A stretch of 32,000 nt of DNA from Providencia phage PSTCR7, in the sequence record MW057861.1. One strand, written 5' to 3'. The notes beneath the pieces are model-generated. The model did no database searches and was not told the DNA's origin. It saw nothing but the letters and a program-made list of their open reading frames with translations. Position numbers and translations under genes: made by a program. Below, in pieces: positions 26,702 through 32,000 of this stretch (its first letter is position 1; each line of letters opens with the position of its first letter).

Positions 26702-27050
26702 CGGTAAAGGATCCGACTCTTAATTCTGGATCTATGTGGTCAATTCTTACTAACTTGTAAATATTGTCCGCAACCCGTTGCACACTCACAGATCCCACTT
26801 TCGGAGTATGACTCAACATGCCCTCAAATTTATTTAATAACCTACACTGTTGAATTTCCAATTGCGTAATGTTAACTCGGAAGTAATGGTTAATTTCAGG
26901 AAACACATTTCCAGCAACCATACGGCTATAAAACGCAATCCCATCTCGGCACACCTTTATCGCACTAACGATCGCCCACGACCGCCAGGCAAATGGAACA
27001 CGCTTAACCACATTTATATTCTTTGCTTTACCGTAGTATTTAGGTTTCAT
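26640..27050 (-). CDS. Paralog of the N-terminal block of ORF 26258..26701
   Basis: VGSVSVQRVADNIYKLVRIDHIDPELRVGSFTVVHVGTKEECEYARDMF. Confidence 0.6.
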   Translation of the reverse strand: MKPKYYGKAKNINVVKRVPFAWRSWAIVSAIKVCRDGIAFYSRMVAGNVFPEINHYFRVNITQLEIQQCRLLNKFEGMLSHTPKVGSVSVQRVADNIYKLVRIDHIDPELRVGSFTVVHVGTKEECEYARDMFYGN

Positions 27051-27060
27051 TTTTAGCTCC

Positions 27061-27273
27061 TTACTTATTCATTATTTTAGCAACTGCTTTATATGCATCT
27101 TTAACAGACTTAGTTATGTTATGATTTTTCATAATTTCTAGTCGTTGCTGTGCTGTTAAATAGCCATGCCATATACCTGCCGCAATTTCTAAGTCATCTG
27201 CCACGTATCCGAACTCTTCATTGGAGCTTATAATTTCTTTTTTAGCGTTTTTAATTAAAGTTTCCATAAACAT
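27061..27273 (-). CDS. Hypothetical protein
   Basis: 70-aa ORF at the start of the accessory array. Confidence 0.55.
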   Translation of the reverse strand: MFMETLIKNAKKEIISSNEEFGYVADDLEIAAGIWHGYLTAQQRLEIMKNHNITKSVKDAYKAVAKIMNK

Positions 27274-27503
27274 TCCCCTTGTTAAGTTACAAACATTTTA
27301 AAACAATCTTGAACTAAATGCAAGCCCTACCCTATTCTATTTGACTATTATTTTATTCAGATTAACACCGAATAATTTTTAATCTTGTCGCGATGCTTTT
27401 TATTGGTTTATGTTTTGCGAGTTGTGCGGTGCGAATTTGGAATTCACCCGAAAATGTATATGAGTTTTGCGAAAATAACTATGACTCGCAGCACTTTTAG
27501 ATC

Positions 27504-27773
27504 GGTACTAGATTTTTTAAGAAAATGCCTATTTACCCATTGCCCCGCTGGAGAGGTGTATAGAGTACGTCTAGCGATACGAGGGGGGTTAATTTTAGTG
27601 TGTGGCTTTTTCTATAAGTGCCCATTTTCTTCTACTCCCGAAGGTACTAGATTTTTTTTTTTGTAAGGAGGCCACTGCAAAAGTTTCTCCCCCCTTTATA
27701 ACTAGAAAACTAAGGTGTAAGTATTGTATGTATATATATGTTTTTATTAATAATTACCTAATAATCTAGTACC
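27504..27773. repeat. Three copies of GGTACTAGATT (two direct, one inverted)
   Basis: GGTACTAGATTTTTT at 27504-27518 and 27643-27657; AATCTAGTACC at 27763-27773; all in a non-coding gap. Confidence 0.8.
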
Positions 27774-28196
27774 TCTTTTTCTTATACCGATTTTATATTT
27801 ATTTTAAAAAAAATTAACAACATAGGGGGGCACGGAAACACTTTTCCCTCAGATCTTAAAATTTGTATAAAAAGTAAGCAGTTTTCGCAGAAAAAGCGGA
27901 TAGCAAGCAGATGATTCTAGTCGGTCGTTGCCTTGTAAGGTGCGAGCGCACTGCATTTGTTAAATTTTCTAGTAGGGGAAAATCGGTAGTAGAAGATCTG
28001 GGAAGTGGTTAAACTGGTGTTATTTGGTGCGTGGGCGAGTGTGCAATATCTGCATTTGCTGGATGTAAGGGAATCACATTATAATAAGTGCAAGTTAGGT
28101 AACACGACCTATGCAAGCCACGACATTGCATAGTACCCGACTAGGATCTATATAGGTTTTAGAATTTTCGATTTAAAAGTGAAAATTTTTTCAAAT

Positions 28197-28222
28197 AAAA
28201 AGCGCACCTTTGGACAGTGCGC
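28197..28222 (-). terminator. Rho-independent terminator downstream of ORF 28269..28916
   Basis: Minus strand GCGCAC-9 nt-GTGCGC-TTTTTATTTG. Confidence 0.85.
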
Positions 28223-28268
28223 GAGAAGTGAATTCAAACTAGCTAGTTTAACTCTTTAGAGGAATAAT

Positions 28269-28916
28269 TTATTTCTTTAAGTTGTAGAATTTCCGCCAGC
28301 CGTAGAACTCAATTGTTGCATTATTAATGTTCCAGTTGTTTTCAGCGGTGAGACGCCTGACATCTTGCATGGTTGGAACAATGTGGTTACTTTCGTACAA
28401 TGCTGTCAAAGCTGACCAGACATCTGCACATAGGCCACGCATTGGTTTTCTTACGCCGTTGCGAGTTTCAGCTGGAGGGCGTTTCGTTGTTGTTTTAGAA
28501 ACTGCCGGTTGCTGTTTTGTTCGCTGTACGATTTGCTGGGCCAAAGATGGTGCTTTAGCAGTAGTAACGGGAGCAGGTTGCTCGATCATTGCCTGTGCGG
28601 CCGCTGCTTCGCTATTATCAGCTTTAGCAGGTGAAGGCTTAGAAGCAGATTTGGACGCAGATTCCATTTTAGGCGCAGAAGCTGAATCGCTAGCAGAAAG
28701 CTGATCGGAAGCTGAGAGCTTTTCTTGGTATTTCGCTAATTTTTCAGCATCTTTTTGAACTTTTTCAGCCTCTTTTGTTACAAAATAGTAACTATTGATG
28801 CTAACATCATGTTTTATAAGGGTTTTATGTGCTTCTCTAGCGTATTTTCCAATCTTAGAGAGTGCGCGGCGAGCGTTAGACGCGTTTGTATAACGTTTGA
28901 TATTAGATTCTTGCAT
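28269..28916 (-). CDS. Charged Ser/Ala-rich protein with the C-terminal domain shared with ORF 8999..9748
   Basis: C-terminus RKPMRGLCADVWSALTALYESNHIVPTMQDVRRLTAENNWNINNATIEFYGWRKFYNL. Start at 28916 preferred (AAAGGTAA upstream); track start is 28973. Confidence 0.75.
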   Translation of the reverse strand: MQESNIKRYTNASNARRALSKIGKYAREAHKTLIKHDVSINSYYFVTKEAEKVQKDAEKLAKYQEKLSASDQLSASDSASAPKMESASKSASKPSPAKADNSEAAAAQAMIEQPAPVTTAKAPSLAQQIVQRTKQQPAVSKTTTKRPPAETRNGVRKPMRGLCADVWSALTALYESNHIVPTMQDVRRLTAENNWNINNATIEFYGWRKFYNLKK

Positions 28917-29149
28917 GTTATTTACCTTTTTGTTGTTAGTAGGTTTATTATTGCGCACTGTGATAATGCGCAATGTAAACCAACTAGAAAAATAATTGTA
29001 AACCGTCTTGCATGTTGTCTAATTTGTCCCACATAGAGTCGGAGCATAATAAGATATATAATGCAAGTAATTTTTCGTATAAAGAAATTTTATTGCACTT
29101 TTTGAAACTATGGGTAGTGCTAAACATATTTTAACTCCGATTAGTAGTT

Positions 29150-29386
29150 TTAATTTAATTTATTAACATATTTAACAAAATTACAATGTAAACAGGCCCA
29201 TGTATATAAAGAATTACATTCTTGCCATTGGTTATTGATAAGAGCATAAGACTCAGGGCAATTATCTATGATACTTTTAACTTTAATTGCATAATGTTTA
29301 TCAAAGCGTTCAACAATTGCATAGCTATTGTTTTCAATTGTTAAATCTATTTTGTCCTTTGTGGAGTAGGTTTGTGCATTGTACAT
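29150..29386 (-). CDS. Hypothetical protein
   Basis: 78-aa ORF. Confidence 0.55.
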   Translation of the reverse strand: MYNAQTYSTKDKIDLTIENNSYAIVERFDKHYAIKVKSIIDNCPESYALINNQWQECNSLYTWACLHCNFVKYVNKLN

Positions 29387-29454
29387 AATAAAATTCTCTT
29401 ATTAGTAGGTTTATTAATGTGCTCCGCAGAACACATTGTAAAGCTACTATAATA

Positions 29455-29667
29455 TTATTGTGTAATTAGTTCTGAGCCTGCATCGATGAAGCCATCCCCG
29501 TCAATAAAAAACTGCCTGCCATCTTTAGTTATGCGTGTGTCTAAAGTGTTACGCACTTCTGTTCCAAAAAAGTTAATTACATATTCTACTAATTGGAACG
29601 CAACTGTTTCACCTTCTGCTTCTGGTAATGTCACAATAGCTTTCTTGTTGTAAGTTATAGTTTTCAT
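29455..29667 (-). CDS. Hypothetical protein
   Basis: 70-aa ORF. Confidence 0.55.
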   Translation of the reverse strand: MKTITYNKKAIVTLPEAEGETVAFQLVEYVINFFGTEVRNTLDTRITKDGRQFFIDGDGFIDAGSELITQ

Positions 29668-29738
29668 AATGTTTACCTTTTATTGTTGGAACTAATTTAG
29701 TTATTATTGCACTCCGTTGACCGAAATGCAATGTATAA

Positions 29739-29960
29739 TTAAACTAATTCTATAAATAATTCCAATTCTTCGGAAATCGTATAGTTTACGTCTGCTTCCC
29801 CGTTTGCTAGAAATTCGTAGCGTAACTCGTCAGCAAGGTCCGCCACTTGTGTGCTTGTTAATTCTGGTAATAAGTTACTTAAATTTTCCCAAAGAGGAAT
29901 AGAATATTTTATATCCTGCATTGTTACATTAATGTGTTTTACTGTTTTAGTTACTTGCAT
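29739..29960 (-). CDS. Hypothetical acidic protein
   Basis: 73-aa ORF. Confidence 0.55.
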   Translation of the reverse strand: MQVTKTVKHINVTMQDIKYSIPLWENLSNLLPELTSTQVADLADELRYEFLANGEADVNYTISEELELFIELV

Positions 29961-30114
29961 ATTATTTACCTTTTAGAACTTATCTAGTGTTGCTTGTTGG
30001 TATATGTATATAGTATAAAAAGGCATCAGAAAAGTCTTTAGCAAAAAGTGCTATTTTTTAAAATGTTTTAAATTCCGCTAAATAAAATAAATTAAAAATA
30101 ATTGCAAAAAGCAC

Positions 30115-30143
30115 TTGCAAAGAATCAAAATCTTTCCTACTAT
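30115..30143 (+). promoter_or_regulatory. Candidate + strand promoter at the divergence point
   Basis: TTGCAA (30115-30120), 17-bp spacer, TACTAT (30138-30143), upstream of ORF 30193..30429. Confidence 0.5.
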
Positions 30144-30192
30144 ATAAGCATACAAACAAGCAGTAACTAAAACTAATAAATGAGGTGTTAAC

Positions 30193-30429
30193 ATGCAAAC
30201 TATTATTACTAAATATATCGCTCCTACTAATACAAAAGGTTCTCGTATTAAAGTTACCTCTTGGTTAGGTAGTAAAACATTTTCTTACGACTATCGTGCA
30301 AGTTGCGCACACAAAGCAGCATTTGAGGAGTACATGGATTACTTACAAAGTAAAACAGGTATTAGTTACACATTACTGGCAGAAGGTTGTATGCCAGAAG
30401 GTACAGGCAGAGCGTTTATTGTACAATAA
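30193..30429 (+). CDS. Small conserved-looking phage protein
   Basis: 78 aa, between a promoter candidate and a terminator: MQTIITKYIAPTNTKGSRIKVTSWLGSKTFSYDY... Confidence 0.75.
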   Translation: MQTIITKYIAPTNTKGSRIKVTSWLGSKTFSYDYRASCAHKAAFEEYMDYLQSKTGISYTLLAEGCMPEGTGRAFIVQ

Positions 30430-30445
30430 TTTAAACTAAAATAAG

Positions 30446-30469
30446 CCCGCTTAATGCGGGTTTTATTTT
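30446..30469 (+). terminator. Rho-independent terminator
   Basis: CCCGC-TTAAT-GCGGG-TTTTATTTT directly after ORF 30193..30429. Confidence 0.85.
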
Positions 30470-30652
30470 GACTATATAATAACGTAACTAAACAATAACA
30501 CTAATAACATTCCTTACATATAACTATAACGCGCTACATAGTGGGCTATGGTATAATCACCCTCCTTGACAGTCCAACACAAAACAATTACATTTGTTTT
30601 AATAATGCAATATAATTACCTTCCTATATAGTAACACATGTAAACAGTCTAA

Positions 30653-30730
30653 TAGTGTAACAATAACAAAGCACACAATAACAGTCGGAATAATAACAAT
30701 GTGCATAATAACATAGTGTAACAATAACAA
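30653..30730. repeat. 17-nt direct repeat TAGTGTAACAATAACAA
   Basis: Identical copies at 30653-30669 and 30714-30730, in an A/C-rich non-coding region. Confidence 0.9.
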
Positions 30731-30853
30731 CAGACAATAATAAAGCCTGTAATAGTAACACGAAACACAATACAATGAGTAACAGTCACAGAACTAAATA
30801 ATAACTATGTAAAATAATAACGCAATGCAAGCAACAAATAAGACAAGGTAACA

Positions 30854-30915
30854 GTCACGCCTAGTGACAATCACGTGCCACCCCACTACGGTCGGTGAAA
30901 GTCACATCAGGTGAC
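30854..30915. repeat. Two GTCAC-N5-GTGAC inverted-repeat sites
   Basis: GTCACGCCTAGTGACAATC from 30854 and GTCACATCAGGTGACGATC from 30901. Confidence 0.85.
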
Positions 30916-31072
30916 GATCGGGCGTTACCATTTTACATAGTAAATTCGTCTGAAAACGTGTAACCTCACTATATCCTACACATTTACCTCACCCCACTAG
31001 ATTCATACTTTTTAGAATAATGGAAGTCTGCTATTATATACTGAGATTCTAAATCATACCATCGAGGTTATT

Positions 31073-31318
31073 ATGGAACTTAAAGTAGAACGTTTACGTG
31101 GACTAGAAAGAATCCAAATTAGTTCACTTGTGTCAAAACCAATAACAAAACAATATAACTTTGAACGCACAAAAGACTTCAACATTAGAACTACACACAC
31201 TTATATCGAAAAGTTTGTGCAAGATAACTATAAGCAATCTGTTATTGTAAAAATCGACCAAACGAACGAATATACAATAACTGTAACCCTTATGAGCACC
31301 GCACCAAGTACGCATTAA
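31073..31318 (+). CDS. Hypothetical protein
   Basis: 81-aa ORF with CGAGG upstream; MELKVERLRGLERIQISSLV... Confidence 0.65.
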   Translation: MELKVERLRGLERIQISSLVSKPITKQYNFERTKDFNIRTTHTYIEKFVQDNYKQSVIVKIDQTNEYTITVTLMSTAPSTH

Positions 31319-31399
31319 TGTGGTTACTAGGATAATAATTCTTATTTACATCGCTGCACATTTTATATACACTGCGCAAAACAAGCGGAGGGTATTACT

Positions 31400-31621
31400 A
31401 TGATGTATCAAGCGATCGGATTTATTACCTATGTGTTGAGTTCAATGTTTGTAATCTACACAGGACTTCAATACAAGTATGTTTCTAAATATGCCTGCGA
31501 CAAACGTCCGCAACTGAGGGATCAACAAAAAACATGTTTACGTTGGTTCGGTGTAGCTGCATTTGTGTTCTTGGTTGTTGTGGGCTTTAATATGTTATTT
31601 ATTATGCCTAGGTTAAAATAA
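31400..31621 (+). CDS. Small membrane protein
   Basis: 73 aa with two hydrophobic helices (AIGFITYVLSSMFVIYTGL; WFGVAAFVFLVVVGFNMLFIM). Confidence 0.65.
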   Translation: MMYQAIGFITYVLSSMFVIYTGLQYKYVSKYACDKRPQLRDQQKTCLRWFGVAAFVFLVVVGFNMLFIMPRLK

Positions 31622-32000
31622 TGAAAGATCCTTATATCACGTTGTCAGGCCAGATTATAGATTTAGTTAACCCACATATAGAAATGTTTAACATTGAAGA
31701 CATTGCTCGAGGTCTCAGTAATGAGTGTCGATTCAATGGTCAGGTTAGTGTGTTTTACAGCGTAGCGCAACATAGCATTGCTGTTATGCACAGGGTACGT
31801 AAAATAATCGACTCTTCTTATTACAAAGATGGTGCAATTCCTCTTACTCCGAAGTTATTAATGGCTGCATTACTTCATGATGCAAGTGAAGCTTACCTTA
31901 AAGACATTCCTTCCCCTCTTAAATGTTTATTAACACAATATAAAGAAATCGAAATGAAATTTATGGCTTTAATTAGTCAGCGTTTCGGTATTGTGGATAT
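31621..32000 (+). CDS. HD-domain phosphohydrolase, YfbR/5'-nucleotidase-like (truncated by window end)
   Basis: TAATG coupling to previous ORF; MKDPYITLSGQIIDLVNP..., SVAQHSIAVMHRV, LLMAALLHDASEAYLKDIPSPLK. Confidence 0.8.
   Translation, partial: MKDPYITLSGQIIDLVNPHIEMFNIEDIARGLSNECRFNGQVSVFYSVAQHSIAVMHRVRKIIDSSYYKDGAIPLTPKLLMAALLHDASEAYLKDIPSPLKCLLTQYKEIEMKFMALISQRFGIVD

Noticed and set aside
27385-27666. 93-aa + strand ORF in the 27.3-28.2 kb gap
   Set aside because: Starts at TTG with no clear Shine-Dalgarno, reads through a long T-run (RFFFL ending) and has no recognisable domain; kept only as a weak possibility.
28327-29036. + strand ORFs 28327..28704 and 28755..29036, and 31133..31315(-)
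   Set aside because: Antisense to better-supported coding sequences; composition consistent with shadow frames.
30481-31060. CRISPR array or tandem repeat locus
   Set aside because: Repeats are only partly conserved and irregularly spaced; only two exact 17-nt copies exist.
1-32000. Integrase, transposase or IS element
   Set aside because: No integrase/transposase motifs or IS-like terminal inverted repeats flanking an ORF were recognised; the small HTH protein at 20916 alone does not establish lysogeny.

Overview
The window looks like part of a tailed-phage (or prophage-like) genome. No structural or packaging genes are visible, so the phage type is not established. Nearly all genes from ~0.5 to 30 kb are on the minus strand; + strand genes lie at the far left edge and from 30.2 kb onward. 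Main contents: (1) A 7-deazaguanine DNA-modification cluster (3.5-9 kb): a DpdA-like TGT-fold transglycosylase, FolE with an unusual ~150-aa N-terminal extension, QueD, a class-II glutamine amidotransferase/QueC fusion (Gat-QueC), QueE and a YhhQ-like queuosine-precursor transporter. (2) A replication/recombination module (family-B DNA polymerase, likely sliding clamp, SF2 helicase, Cas4/RecB-like nuclease, DUF669-like protein, Sak4-like ATPase, ATP-dependent ligase, RNase H, Holliday-junction-resolvase-like protein, primase/DUF3987 protein). (3) An accessory array of ~17 tiny genes (21-27.3 kb), including a Lar-like restriction-alleviation candidate and a family of small proteins with shared blocks. 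(4) Large non-coding regions. The best non-coding find is a ~245-nt minus-strand transcription unit with no convincing ORF (17867-18112), with a near-consensus promoter, an 11-bp hairpin and a UUCG-loop terminator. Others are a ~1 kb gap at 27.3-28.2 kb with repeated GGTACTAGATT motifs, and an A/C-rich, G/T-poor region at 30.5-31.0 kb with a 17-nt direct repeat and two GTCAC-N5-GTGAC palindromes. All family assignments come from motif recognition without database searches.
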